64,000 bases of DNA from an uncultured bacterium (GTDB lineage: Bacteria > Desulfobacterota > Syntrophorhabdia > Syntrophorhabdales > JANXAF01): the NCBI GenBank assembly GCA_938084905.1, contig CALKEQ010000001.1, positions 106,974 to 170,973 on the forward strand, in the 5' to 3' direction. Shown here piece after piece: positions 37,212 to 47,284 of this stretch. Position 1 is the stretch's first letter. Each line of letters begins with the position of its first letter. A program made the translations under genes and the position numbers. The notes under the pieces are model-generated. The model searched no databases. It saw nothing but the letters and a program-made list of their open reading frames with translations, and was not told the origin of the DNA.

Positions 37212-38182
37212 GGGTTCTTGGATTTGGGGCCCTAAATGTGGATTTCATATATGAGGTTGAAGATTTAGGTTTTTTGAAATGCAAGGAATTCAATCTCGAG
37301 CCTGGAAGAGAAGTGGTACTTGACGAAAATTGCCTTCGTAAGTTTTCCGATAAGATAACCAGATTCGGAATTCTTAAGAAAGTTTGTCCTGGAGGGTCGG
37401 CTGCAAATACATGTTACATGTTATCACTTCTTGGAATACCCACCTGCCTCATCGGAGTCCTCGGAAAAGATAGAGAAGGAGATTACTACGCAAAGTGGCT
37501 CGATTCAGAATCAAGAAAAATGGTGATAAGAAGAGGAAGGACTGGTATAAGTTACATCCTAAATGAGAAGTCAAAGAGTGGTGGTGAATCTGACAGAGCC
37601 ATAGCAGTTGTCCCAAACAGCAACAGCGAATTGAAAAAAGAGGATATAGACATGGATAGGGTTTCGATGTGCTCATGGATTCACATGTCCTCCTTCCTAT
37701 CTGAAAGCGCCATTGAGGCTCAGATGTACGTAAAAGAATCGCTTATCGGAAAGAAAGGTTTGAGCATAGATCCAGGAGAGATCTATGCTTCCTTAGGCAA
37801 AAAGATACTCAATCTTATTGAGGGTATGGATATACTTTTCTGTTCTGAAAGGGAACTCTGTTTGCTCTTCGGTTCTGATATTGATTCCTCCTTAAGGAGT
37901 GCACTTGGCCTCGTAAAGATGATCGTTCTGAAAAAGGGAAAGGAAGGGGCATCCCTTTACCTTAAAGGGGAAAGCTACAACATTAAGGCAGAAAAAGTCA
38001 GAGCCGTTGATACGACAGGAGCGGGAGATGTTCTGGACGGTGTCTTCCTCGGTTTCTTACTTTTGGGATATGATCCCCAATACGCATTAAAAAAGGCTGT
38101 TTGTGCTGCTTCGGAAAGTGTGAAGGGTTACGGAAGGGATAGTTATCCGAAAAATCTTCTTTTTGGTACAAAGGATGATTGA
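37208..38182 (+). CDS. PfkB/ribokinase-family kinase
   Basis: GALNVD, GGSAANT, DTTGAGD. Confidence 0.92.
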   Translation: MRVLGFGALNVDFIYEVEDLGFLKCKEFNLEPGREVVLDENCLRKFSDKITRFGILKKVCPGGSAANTCYMLSLLGIPTCLIGVLGKDREGDYYAKWLDSESRKMVIRRGRTGISYILNEKSKSGGESDRAIAVVPNSNSELKKEDIDMDRVSMCSWIHMSSFLSESAIEAQMYVKESLIGKKGLSIDPGEIYASLGKKILNLIEGMDILFCSERELCLLFGSDIDSSLRSALGLVKMIVLKKGKEGASLYLKGESYNIKAEKVRAVDTTGAGDVLDGVFLGFLLLGYDPQYALKKAVCAASESVKGYGRDSYPKNLLFGTKDD

Positions 38183-38966
38183 TATTTGCTGGTTTTCCAC
38201 TGGAAGGGACGAGGAGGCAATAAAACTTCTAAGGGACGTCATAGAGGCAACAAAAAAGGGAAAGATAAAGGGGAGAATCGCCCTTTGCTTTCTAAATCGG
38301 GAAATTGGTGAGTCTAGCTCGTCAGATAGAATGATAGAGGAGATAAAAGCCTCAAATATTCCAGTTGAGACTCTGAGCTCAAAGAGGTTTCTCCAAAAAA
38401 ATAACCTAACCTTAAATGAGGGGAGAACCCTTTATGATCAACAGGTTTTAAGAAGGATTCAAAAGTACCATTTCGACTTCATATTCCTTGCGGGCTACAT
38501 GCTCATCATCTCCAATGTTCTTTTTGAAAGGTTCACAATTCTCAATCTCCATCCCTCTTTGCCAGGAAAGTACAAGGGAAAATGGGAAGATGTAATTAGA
38601 AGAACTATTGAGGATGGGGAAAGATCATTTGGAGCCATGATCCACATTGTTAGTGAAAAGTTGGACGAAGGCCCCCCTGTTACCTACTGTAAGGCTGAGC
38701 TCTCAGGGGACAGAATATCCCTTCTCTTTGAGGAAGCAAAAAGGGGTAAAAGCACATCTTTTGACGAACTTTTTAGAACTATAAGGGAAAAGGAGTTCAG
38801 TATTGAGACACCTCTCATTTTAGAGACCTTATCGGCCCTTTCCACTGGAGAGCTAAGAATAATAGGAAAGGATGTGTACTGGATGGGGAAAAGAGTAGAA
38901 GGAGGTGTGGACCTGACTGAGAGGATTATGGGAGCAAAAAATGGACAAATATCTCTACATAACTGA
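38175..38966 (+). CDS. PurN-like formyltransferase (atypical)
   Basis: LAGYM, NLHPSLP, HIVSEKLDEGP formyltransferase motifs; N-terminal WFSTGRD instead of SGxGSN. Confidence 0.8.
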   Translation: MIDICWFSTGRDEEAIKLLRDVIEATKKGKIKGRIALCFLNREIGESSSSDRMIEEIKASNIPVETLSSKRFLQKNNLTLNEGRTLYDQQVLRRIQKYHFDFIFLAGYMLIISNVLFERFTILNLHPSLPGKYKGKWEDVIRRTIEDGERSFGAMIHIVSEKLDEGPPVTYCKAELSGDRISLLFEEAKRGKSTSFDELFRTIREKEFSIETPLILETLSALSTGELRIIGKDVYWMGKRVEGGVDLTERIMGAKNGQISLHN

Positions 38967-39930
38967 CTGTGAAGGACCGGTAACAAAAAATGACAATGCT
39001 TACGAAATAGCTGATTTTTTCCTTAAGGATGGGGGAAATATCTTCTCCCTTCTAAGCGCTTTTGACGATTATTTGGGTCTTTATGGAGGAATCGAAAATT
39101 ACAGGTACGGAAGCACGCTAAAATACATCCTTCCATTTTTTTTGGAAGCAAATCTTACTGACCAGATTCTAAGGGATTATTCGAGAAGGACACTTGTCCT
39201 CACACCTGGTGCAAAGGAGGCTTTGGTGAGCATAAAGGAAGATATGGATGTCTTTTTGATAAGTACAAGTTATGAGCATTACGTGGAAGAGGTGATAAAG
39301 TACTTAAATTTAGAATCTGAAAAGGTATTCTGTACGAGGATGAGTCTTGACCTTTACGAATTGAAGGAGGAAGAGAGAGTTCTCATTCGGGAGTACTGTG
39401 ATAAAATAAGAAAGCTTCCGCCTATAAGATGGGATGAGAACGGTCATCTCATCGAGGGGTCATCTGAGACGGTGAGTATACTTAAGGGATTTTTCTTTGA
39501 TATTCTGCCCAAATTTCCCGTGGGAGAGTTTATCAATTCAGTAAACCCTATAGGCGGAAAGGAGAAAGCCAGAATCCTGAGAGAAGTTGTGGAAAGGGAA
39601 GGTGTGCCCTACAAAAACGTTATCTATGTTGGCGATAGCATAACTGACACTGAGGCGTTTCTCCTGATCAAGGAAAAGGGTGGACTAAGTTTGAGTTTTA
39701 ACGGGAACAGATACGCAATTTGTCATGCGGAATACGTTGTTGTTTCTGAAAGTGCAGCTTGTCTTTCAGAAATCGCTAAGGCTTATAAAGCTTTTGGAAG
39801 GGATGGTTTGAAATCATTGGGAGAAACCAAAGGTTTTATTCTAACAGACAGGCACGACCCTCAGATCTGTGAAATAAGTGAAAGGATGAGGCGCACAGTG
39901 AGGGGTGAAAGGATAGGGGCGTTAGGGTGA
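38941..39930 (+). CDS. HAD-superfamily protein, COG4030/EhaR-like
   Basis: TDCEGPVTKNDNAYE motif I variant, ISTSY, GGKEK, VGDSITD, SFNGN. Confidence 0.75.
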   Translation: MDKYLYITDCEGPVTKNDNAYEIADFFLKDGGNIFSLLSAFDDYLGLYGGIENYRYGSTLKYILPFFLEANLTDQILRDYSRRTLVLTPGAKEALVSIKEDMDVFLISTSYEHYVEEVIKYLNLESEKVFCTRMSLDLYELKEEERVLIREYCDKIRKLPPIRWDENGHLIEGSSETVSILKGFFFDILPKFPVGEFINSVNPIGGKEKARILREVVEREGVPYKNVIYVGDSITDTEAFLLIKEKGGLSLSFNGNRYAICHAEYVVVSESAACLSEIAKAYKAFGRDGLKSLGETKGFILTDRHDPQICEISERMRRTVRGERIGALG

Positions 39931-40463
39931 AACTTAGAATCTTCGGAACTCTCTTTTTTCTTCTAGCTTTAGGGGAAGCAAATGGGAACCACCTCTATTT
40001 GTACTTCGTGAGTCCACCTGATGGAGAACTTCGTCAAGTTTTTTTAAACGCATTAAAAAGAGATGGGATAGAGTTCAGTCTATGTATGGGAAGCAAAAAT
40101 CTGGAAGAGCATCTGATAAAAGTGGGGGAGATAAACTCGAAGAGTAAAGGTGTGTTCCTTGCCCTAGAGATGAAGAGAGCAAAAAAAAGGGGAATGTTTG
40201 TGGCCACCTTTAAACCAAAAAAAGCAGAAGGCAAGATTTTGAGAATAGACGAGATTCCCTATGTCCATCTCCATTCCTCTATGAAGTTAGCCCATTACGT
40301 AGCATCTTCGTATGGTAAAAAAGTTGTAAGACTGCCCCTTTTTCCTCTTCTCGGCGTGGACATGCCAGCTCTTTACCTTAGACTACAGGGAGGCAAGGAA
40401 GATATGGAGTTTGCAGCAACTGTAATAGCCGAAGGAATTAAAAAATCCGGTATCTGGGAGTGA
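39927..40463 (+). CDS. exported protein, degenerate N-acetylmuramoyl-L-alanine amidase-like
   Basis: Signal peptide; [16 protein letters not shown] and IAEGI resemble the Amidase_3 C-terminus; upstream of rph. Confidence 0.5.
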   Translation: MKLRIFGTLFFLLALGEANGNHLYLYFVSPPDGELRQVFLNALKRDGIEFSLCMGSKNLEEHLIKVGEINSKSKGVFLALEMKRAKKRGMFVATFKPKKAEGKILRIDEIPYVHLHSSMKLAHYVASSYGKKVVRLPLFPLLGVDMPALYLRLQGGKEDMEFAATVIAEGIKKSGIWE

Positions 40464-40467
40464 GACT

Positions 40468-41196
40468 ATGAGAGCTGATGGTAGGCCAAATGACAAAATA
40501 AGAGAGGTAAGGATAACACGTGAATATCTAAAGTTTCCAGAAGGTTCGGTGCTTGTGGAAATGGGCGACACAAAGGTCATATGTAGCGTGAGCGTTGAGG
40601 ATAAGGTTCCACCATTTTTAAAGAATACTGGTAAGGGATGGATTACAGCAGAATACTCCATGTTGCCAAGGGCCACTCACACAAGATCTTTAAGGGAGTC
40701 TGTTACGGGAAGAATTGGAGGCCGAACCCATGAGATCCAGCGCCTAATCGGCAGGGCACTTAGGGCAATAGTTAATCTTGACCTCATAGGTGAGAGGACA
40801 CTATGGATCGATTGTGACGTAATCCAGGCAGATGGGGGAACAAGGACGGCAAGTATAACTGGAGGATATGTGGCCCTTGTAGATGCCTTATGGAATATGA
40901 AGAAAAGAGGCTTGATAGAAAAAATACCAGTTAACGATTCAGTTGCAGCCATAAGTGTCGGTATAATAGGGGGGGAGGTTCTCCTAGACCTTACATACGA
41001 AGAGGACTCGAGGGCAGATGTGGATATGAACTTCGTCATGACGGGAAGGGGAAGCATTGTCGAGATACAAGGAACGGCAGAAAGGGTTCCATTCAGCAAG
41101 GAACAGTTAGACCTCATGTTCAAGTATGCACAAAAAGGTATACAGGAAATAACAAAAATTCAAAAAATTGCCCTCGGAGCTCTTTTCCCAATATGA
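40468..41196 (+). CDS. rph: ribonuclease PH
   Basis: [36 protein letters not shown]. Confidence 0.98.
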   Translation: MRADGRPNDKIREVRITREYLKFPEGSVLVEMGDTKVICSVSVEDKVPPFLKNTGKGWITAEYSMLPRATHTRSLRESVTGRIGGRTHEIQRLIGRALRAIVNLDLIGERTLWIDCDVIQADGGTRTASITGGYVALVDALWNMKKRGLIEKIPVNDSVAAISVGIIGGEVLLDLTYEEDSRADVDMNFVMTGRGSIVEIQGTAERVPFSKEQLDLMFKYAQKGIQEITKIQKIALGALFPI

Positions 41197-41786
41197 GAAA
41201 AATAAAGACGATTATCGTAGCTACGAGAAATGAGGGAAAGATGAATGAGTTCAGACAGGCTTTAAAAGATTTGTTCGAGAAGATTTATTTTTTGCCAGAA
41301 CTCCCATTTTTTGATGACTTAAAGGAGGATGAAACTTCCTACGTTTCTAATGCTATGAAAAAAGCGAGGAAGGTGGGAGAAAGATTCGGAATACCCTCAA
41401 TCGCTGACGATTCTGGACTGGAAGTAGATTTCTTGGGAGGAAGACCAGGTGTCACCTCTTCCAGATACGGTAAAAACGACGAGGAAAGAATAGGGAGGCT
41501 GCTTACCGAATTGGAAGGGCTTCCTTGGGATGAGAGGACCGCCAAATTCAGGGCATATTTGGCTTTGTACCTTCCCGAGCCAGAAAGGTATTACGTATTT
41601 TACGGGGACCTTAAAGGGATAATCGGTTTTGAAAAGAGAGGAGAATATGGGTTCGGTTTCGATCCCGTATTCTTCGTTCCATCAATTGGCAAGTACCTCT
41701 CCGAACTAGACACTCATGAAAAAAATAGGATAAGTCACAGAGGAAAAGCCCTTATGGCTTTAAAGGAGTTTTTAAGGAGCCTTTGA
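41193..41786 (+). CDS. rdgB: non-canonical purine NTP pyrophosphatase
   Basis: [31 protein letters not shown]. Confidence 0.96.
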   Translation: MRKIKTIIVATRNEGKMNEFRQALKDLFEKIYFLPELPFFDDLKEDETSYVSNAMKKARKVGERFGIPSIADDSGLEVDFLGGRPGVTSSRYGKNDEERIGRLLTELEGLPWDERTAKFRAYLALYLPEPERYYVFYGDLKGIIGFEKRGEYGFGFDPVFFVPSIGKYLSELDTHEKNRISHRGKALMALKEFLRSL

Positions 41787-41794
41787 AGTTCCAC

Positions 41795-41867
41795 TGGTCC
41801 CAGCGAGATTCGAACTCGCGTTTCCGGCGTGAGAGGCCGGTGTCCTAAACCACTAGACGATGGGACC
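41795..41867 (-). tRNA. tRNA-Glu(CTC)
   Basis: GGTCCCATCGTCTAGTGG...CCGGC-CTCTCAC-GCCGG...GTTCGAAT...TGGGACCA; CCA not encoded. Confidence 0.95.
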
Positions 41868-42040
41868 AAATCATAGGCCATTTTACCAGAAAAGACTTTT
41901 AATTTCCATAAAAATGTCGTATAGATAAAAAAGGATTTGGCTTTTAACCTTCTTGATCTTCTTCGATCTCACCCAATGTGTAAGAGAAAGGGGAAAGGTT
42001 GCTTTAGAAATCGCGGCCAAAAAAAACTTGGAGGAAAGGT

Positions 42041-42814
42041 ATGAAAATCGCAATATCAGGAAAGGGAGGAGTTGGAAAAACGACAATCTCTGCTCTAATT
42101 GCCCGTTACCTATCCGATAGTGGCTATAAAGTACTTGCAATTGATGCGGATCCAGCTATGAATTTGCCAGGCCAGATAGGTATAAAAATGGATGAGGAAA
42201 AAAAGATTAAACCTCTTTCGAGTATGAAAGAGTTCATAGAGGAGAGAACGGGGGCAAAAAGAGGTGAGTATGGTGGATTTTTCAAAATGAACCCAAAAGT
42301 CGATGACATACCTGATACGTACTCTCTTACTTTTGACAGGATAAAGGTTCTAGTTCTTGGATCGATCAACAAAGGCGGTGGGGGTTGCTTCTGTCCAGAG
42401 AACGTCCTTCTAAAGAACCTTCTCTCTTATATACTCATCGAGAGGGATGAATGGGTTGTTGTAGACATGGACGCTGGACTTGAACACCTAGGCAGGGGAA
42501 CGGCAAAATACGTGGACAGATTGATCGTTGTTGTCGAGCCTGGAATTCAGAGCATAAAAACCGCACTCCGAATTAAAGAGCTGGCAAAGGATTTGGATAT
42601 AGGGAGTGTGTCACTTATAGCAAACAAGATATCAAAAGAAGAAGATCTTGTATTCGTTAAGGAAAACGCACCAAATATCCCAATACTTGGTTACCTAAGT
42701 CTAGACGAGAGGATAAGAGACTCTGACAGGCTAGGCCTTTCTCCATACGATGCGGATGCGAAAATTAGGGAAGAGATAGCTTCAATAGTTAATAGCATGA
42801 TCAGGCCTCAATGA
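42041..42814 (+). CDS. cooC: CooC/AcsF-family nickel-insertion ATPase
   Basis: GKGGVGKT, DADP, GGGCFCPEN CxC motif, DMDAGLEHLGRG. Confidence 0.9.
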   Translation: MKIAISGKGGVGKTTISALIARYLSDSGYKVLAIDADPAMNLPGQIGIKMDEEKKIKPLSSMKEFIEERTGAKRGEYGGFFKMNPKVDDIPDTYSLTFDRIKVLVLGSINKGGGGCFCPENVLLKNLLSYILIERDEWVVVDMDAGLEHLGRGTAKYVDRLIVVVEPGIQSIKTALRIKELAKDLDIGSVSLIANKISKEEDLVFVKENAPNIPILGYLSLDERIRDSDRLGLSPYDADAKIREEIASIVNSMIRPQ

Positions 42815-43533
42815 GGAAGGTTATCTGCCTTCTTTCTCTGGTCATTTCAACTTTGGCTCTTTCCCTTCTTTCATTCGTTCTCTTTATCTTTGACAGAAAG
42901 GGTGAGATTCTTCATGAGATAGAGAGGCTATGGGCAAAGATTTACCTTCATTCAGCAGGAATAAAAGTAATAGTTAATGGTACGGAAAGCGTAAAATCTC
43001 AACCGGTCATACTTATGTGTAATCACCAAAGCGCCCTCGACATATTTGTCCTCCTATATGGCCTTCCACTATCTTTCAGGTTTGTCGCAAAAAAGGGACT
43101 TTTTAGAATACCCTTTATGGGATGGGCAATGAAGTGCGTAGGTCACATAAGTATAGACAGAGAAAGCCCTAGAGACTCAATGAGGGCTCTTGAGGAGGCA
43201 AAGGAGAAGATAAAAAGAGGGCAAAGTGTACTCATATTTCCAGAAGGGACAAGAAGTGAAGATGGTACCCTTTTACCCTTTAAGCGAGGGTCATTCCACA
43301 TTGTGAGTCTCAGTCGCGTTCCTGTTGTGCCTGTTGCCATTTACGGGAGCTCCCTCCTTATGCCTAAGGGAAAGGTCTTACCAATAAAAAGTGGAACCGT
43401 ATGGATCGAAATTGGAACCCCGATTCTGGCAAAAGGGGACAAGGTAAAAAAAGCAGAAATAATGGAGGAAGTTAGGAAACAGATGGAGACACTTATCGGA
43501 AAGGGAAGAATGAGGGCTTATCATGAGCACTGA
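42811..43533 (+). CDS. plsC: 1-acyl-sn-glycerol-3-phosphate acyltransferase
   Basis: NHQSALD, FPEGTRS. Confidence 0.93.
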   Translation: MRKVICLLSLVISTLALSLLSFVLFIFDRKGEILHEIERLWAKIYLHSAGIKVIVNGTESVKSQPVILMCNHQSALDIFVLLYGLPLSFRFVAKKGLFRIPFMGWAMKCVGHISIDRESPRDSMRALEEAKEKIKRGQSVLIFPEGTRSEDGTLLPFKRGSFHIVSLSRVPVVPVAIYGSSLLMPKGKVLPIKSGTVWIEIGTPILAKGDKVKKAEIMEEVRKQMETLIGKGRMRAYHEH

Positions 43534-45550
43534 AATGAAGAAAGAGCTTTTAGGACTTTCTCTTTTCGGTCTTTTCCTTTTCCTTTTTTTTTCACTTATC
43601 TCCTACCATCCTCTCGATCTTTCCTTTAGCACCTCCTCACTGACAGTTCACAATTACTGTGGAAAGGCAGGCTCCTACGTAGCAGATCTACTTATTCAAC
43701 TTACAGGCCTTTCGAGCTACCTTATCCTTCTCTATGTGCTTGCCCTCTCCCTAATATTGGTTAAAAAGAGAAAAGTCTCCAGCTACTTTACCTTTTTTGC
43801 CGGACTCACTTTCCTTTTCGTATCCACATCAACCTTCCTTCAGCTCTGGATAAAAAGCGTAAGTATAAAGGGAGTAAGGATACCAGCATCTGGGCTTATA
43901 GGTGTTATTTTTGAAAGGTCCTTTGTCAACTCCTTCGGATACTTTGGAAGCCACCTTATCCTCGCCTTCGTTTTAGTCTTCTCATTCTTCCTTTTAGCAC
44001 ACGCTCCACTTATCTCCATTTTGGAAAAAAGACTGAAGGGGAGAAATAGAGAGGAAAAAAGGGAAATAAGGGTAGTTGAAAGGCAACCGTATGAGGCAAA
44101 AGCTGTTTCTGAAACAAAAAAGGAGTTCAAGCAGGAGCCTTTTGAATTTCTGAAAAATATCGGGCCTTATAAGCTTCCGTCTGTTGATCTTTTAGATCCT
44201 GTGGAAAAGAAGGATATAAAGGTAGATAAGGAGACTATAAATCTCAATGCCAGAATTCTGGAAAAAAAGTTAAAGGATTATGGAATAGAAGGCGAGGTAA
44301 AGGAGGTAAGCCCTGGACCAGTTATAACCCTCTACGAGTTTGAACCTGCTCCCGGAATAAAGATAAGCAGGATTGCCAATTTGGCTGACGATCTTGCCAT
44401 GGCTCTCAGTGCCACATCTATCCGTATCGTCGCTCCAATTCCCGGTAAATCCGTTGTTGGAATTGAGATTCCAAATCCAGTAAGACAGACAGTTTACCTT
44501 CGCGAAATAATAGAGTCCAAGCCATTTATAGAGTCTGAATCCTTCCTGACTCTTGCACTTGGAAAAACCATATATGGGGAACCATTCGTTGCTGATCTCA
44601 CAAAGATGCCCCATCTTCTTGTGGCAGGCTCAACGGGCTCGGGCAAAAGCGTTTCCCTAAACAGCATGATCTGTAGCATACTTTTTAAGGCTTCCCCACT
44701 TAACGTCCGTTTCCTGATGATAGACTTGAAAATGCTCGAACTTTCCTTCTATGAGGGTATCCCCCATCTTCTCCTTCCCGTTGTCACCAACCCAAAAAAC
44801 GCGAAGCTTTCCTTGAGGTGGTTGATAGAGGAAATGGAAAGAAGGTACACCATAATGGCTGAAAAGGGCGTAAGAAACATAGAAAAGTACAATCAGAAGA
44901 TGGTGAAGGAAAATTCCGATCCCCTTCCCTACATCGTCGTTGTAATAGATGAGCTTGCTGATCTCATGATGGTTTCAACAAGGGAAGTGGAGGAGTACAT
45001 AGCCCGTCTTGCTCAAATGGCAAGGGCATCCGGTATTCACCTCATAATCGCAACCCAGAGACCATCAGTCGATGTCCTCACGGGTATTATAAAGGCGAAT
45101 TTTCCAGCACGCATATCTTTTCAAGTTTCCTCTAAAGTTGACTCAAGAACCATCCTTGACACAAATGGGGCTGAGAGTCTTCTTGGCCAAGGAGACATGC
45201 TTTTTTTAGGTCCAGGAGCAGGAAGACTTCAAAGGATCCACGGCCCTTTTGTTTCAGAGAATGAGATAAGAAGGATCGTGGAATTCTTAAAAGCACAGGG
45301 TCGTCCTTCCTATCAAACAGAGATACTGAAGGAGAAAGAGGTAATTGAGGAAGAGGAATTTGAGGATGAAAAGTACGAAGAGGCAAAACAGTTTGTAATG
45401 GAGAAAGGGGAGGCATCTATAAGCATGATTCAGAGGAGATTTAGAATAGGATATAACAGGGCGGCAAGGATAATGGAAAGGATGGAGAAAGAAGGGATTG
45501 TTGGACCATCAGACGGGGTAAAACCTAGGGAGGTTTTGAAGAGAAAGTGA
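43523..45550 (+). CDS. ftsK: DNA translocase FtsK
   Basis: 4-TM N-terminus, AGSTGSGKS, DELADLM, ATQRPSVDV, gamma domain RIGYNRAAR. Confidence 0.97.
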   Translation: MSTEMKKELLGLSLFGLFLFLFFSLISYHPLDLSFSTSSLTVHNYCGKAGSYVADLLIQLTGLSSYLILLYVLALSLILVKKRKVSSYFTFFAGLTFLFVSTSTFLQLWIKSVSIKGVRIPASGLIGVIFERSFVNSFGYFGSHLILAFVLVFSFFLLAHAPLISILEKRLKGRNREEKREIRVVERQPYEAKAVSETKKEFKQEPFEFLKNIGPYKLPSVDLLDPVEKKDIKVDKETINLNARILEKKLKDYGIEGEVKEVSPGPVITLYEFEPAPGIKISRIANLADDLAMALSATSIRIVAPIPGKSVVGIEIPNPVRQTVYLREIIESKPFIESESFLTLALGKTIYGEPFVADLTKMPHLLVAGSTGSGKSVSLNSMICSILFKASPLNVRFLMIDLKMLELSFYEGIPHLLLPVVTNPKNAKLSLRWLIEEMERRYTIMAEKGVRNIEKYNQKMVKENSDPLPYIVVVIDELADLMMVSTREVEEYIARLAQMARASGIHLIIATQRPSVDVLTGIIKANFPARISFQVSSKVDSRTILDTNGAESLLGQGDMLFLGPGAGRLQRIHGPFVSENEIRRIVEFLKAQGRPSYQTEILKEKEVIEEEEFEDEKYEEAKQFVMEKGEASISMIQRRFRIGYNRAARIMERMEKEGIVGPSDGVKPREVLKRK

Positions 45551-46167
45551 GGAGACTAGGACAGATCCTTCTGTTCTTAACTCTTTATTCATTTTTACCG
45601 TGTTTTGCTCACCAACTGGGCCATATTGTGGAAAAATACAAATCGATTGAAACCTTTAAAGCGAACTTCAAACAGACGGTCTTTCTGGCTAATCTGGATG
45701 AAGAAAGGGATTTCTCTGGAAGCTTTTTTTACAAAAAAGGGAAGGGATTTCTCTGGATGTACGACAGCCCAAAAAAGCGTTACTTCCTTTTTGATGGTAC
45801 ATACCTTTACCAATACGATGAAGATAAACCCTTCATAAGGAAAGAAAGGGTAGATAGCACAGGAACAAGAAGCGTCTTTTTAGATTTGATAAATGATATG
45901 GGGAACTTGGACAGACACTTTTTTGTAAAAGAACGGTCAATTGAAGGTGCAAAAGAGGTGATCTATCTGGAACCAAAAAACGGGGGGATGATAAAGTCTG
46001 TAAGGATATGGTTCAGCCGGGAACTGAAGCTTGAAAGAATTGAGATAGTTGAAAAAGGCGGGAACAGGAACGTCCTCTCTTTCAGTCAGGTGGTTCTAAA
46101 TGGTGAAATAGAAGATAAAAAGTTCCAATTCAAGAAAGAAAAGGGGAAAGAAGTGATAGTGAGATAA
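45547..46167 (+). CDS. lolA: outer-membrane lipoprotein carrier LolA
   Basis: Signal peptide, FKANFKQ, FLWMY..P..DG; follows ftsK. Confidence 0.85.
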   Translation: MRRLGQILLFLTLYSFLPCFAHQLGHIVEKYKSIETFKANFKQTVFLANLDEERDFSGSFFYKKGKGFLWMYDSPKKRYFLFDGTYLYQYDEDKPFIRKERVDSTGTRSVFLDLINDMGNLDRHFFVKERSIEGAKEVIYLEPKNGGMIKSVRIWFSRELKLERIEIVEKGGNRNVLSFSQVVLNGEIEDKKFQFKKEKGKEVIVR

Positions 46168-46898
46168 TGGCAAGAGTCAAAGATGAGGCAATAGTATTAA
46201 GAAGATTACCATACGGTGAGTCGGACAGAATCGTGCACTTATTCACCAGTTCTTCTGGAAAAATATCGGCTATCGCAAAGGGAGGCGCGAAGAGCTTAAG
46301 GAGATTCATGAATACCTTAGAGCCCTTAAGAATCATATACGTGGAGTATTTTGATAAATCTTGGAGGGGGCTTGCCAGAATTGAGAACGCCCACATTTTG
46401 GAAGACTTTTCAGAAATAGAAAGGGATTTAAGAAAATTTTTCATTGCAAGTTTCCTCACTGAGATAGTGGACAAACTTGCAAAGGAGAAGGAACCCTACC
46501 CTCAGATTTTCGATCTCTTAGGCGCCGCTTTAAGGAGACTTAAGACTTCGCAGGTCTCCTCTCTGGATACGCTAATGCTACTTCTTAAAATTCTTGAACT
46601 ACTTGGCTTTCTTCCAAACTTCAAGACCTGTGTCCACTGTGGAAAGACTGTAGATCAAAAAAGCAAAACATTCTTTTCCAGTGAGAAAGGGGGGATATTG
46701 TGTGGGAGTTGCAGAATGTTCAATCCTTATAAGACTTACCCTTTCGAACTTCTTTCGTCTTTAGGTGGCGACCAAAAAACCCTTGAGATGGACGATGAAT
46801 TAGTTAAAATGGCTTTCGAGTTAATGGACGATTTTATGAAGTATCATCTTGATATGGACTTTAGGTCTTATAGGTTCGTAAAATCGTCTCATTCATGA
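46167..46898 (+). CDS. recO: DNA repair protein RecO
   Basis: YGESDRIV, AKGG, CVHC...GGILCGSC zinc finger. Confidence 0.95.
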   Translation: MARVKDEAIVLRRLPYGESDRIVHLFTSSSGKISAIAKGGAKSLRRFMNTLEPLRIIYVEYFDKSWRGLARIENAHILEDFSEIERDLRKFFIASFLTEIVDKLAKEKEPYPQIFDLLGAALRRLKTSQVSSLDTLMLLLKILELLGFLPNFKTCVHCGKTVDQKSKTFFSSEKGGILCGSCRMFNPYKTYPFELLSSLGGDQKTLEMDDELVKMAFELMDDFMKYHLDMDFRSYRFVKSSHS

Positions 46899-46927
46899 TC
46901 AATACGCTTTTGAGTAAAAAGGAAGCG

Positions 46928-46956
46928 TTGAAAAGGAAAAAATAAAGGGTTAAAAT
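46928..46956 (+). promoter_or_regulatory. sigma70 promoter for the Ubl-iscU-iscS operon (near-leaderless)
   Basis: TTGAAA-N17-TAAAAT, 8 nt before ATG 46965, no SD. Confidence 0.6.
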
Positions 46957-46964
46957 GAAAGAAA

Positions 46965-47258
46965 ATGAAGGTCACTGTTAAGCTAACTTCAAACCTTATC
47001 TCCTCTGGTGGAGTCGCGATTCCGGCCCAAATTGAACTCGAAAAGGATGGAAGTACAGTTCTAGATCTGCTTCAAAAACTGAACGAGAGATTTCCTCATC
47101 TTAAGCTCATAAACAATGGGGAGATGGGTGAGGATCTAAGGTACGTTTACGTAAACGGGGTAGATCATTTCAGTCTTAAGGAAGGATTGAAAACAAAACT
47201 TAAAGAGTCAGATGAAGTACATGTGGAAATATTCATGGAGCCACTTGCTGGGGGGTAA
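46965..47258 (+). CDS. MoaD/ThiS/SAMP-like ubiquitin-fold sulfur carrier
   Basis: TVLDLL, YVNG, GLKTKL..SDEV, C-terminal LAGG-stop. Confidence 0.9.
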   Translation: MKVTVKLTSNLISSGGVAIPAQIELEKDGSTVLDLLQKLNERFPHLKLINNGEMGEDLRYVYVNGVDHFSLKEGLKTKLKESDEVHVEIFMEPLAGG

Positions 47259-47284
47259 AATCCTCCAACTAGAAGGAGGAAACC

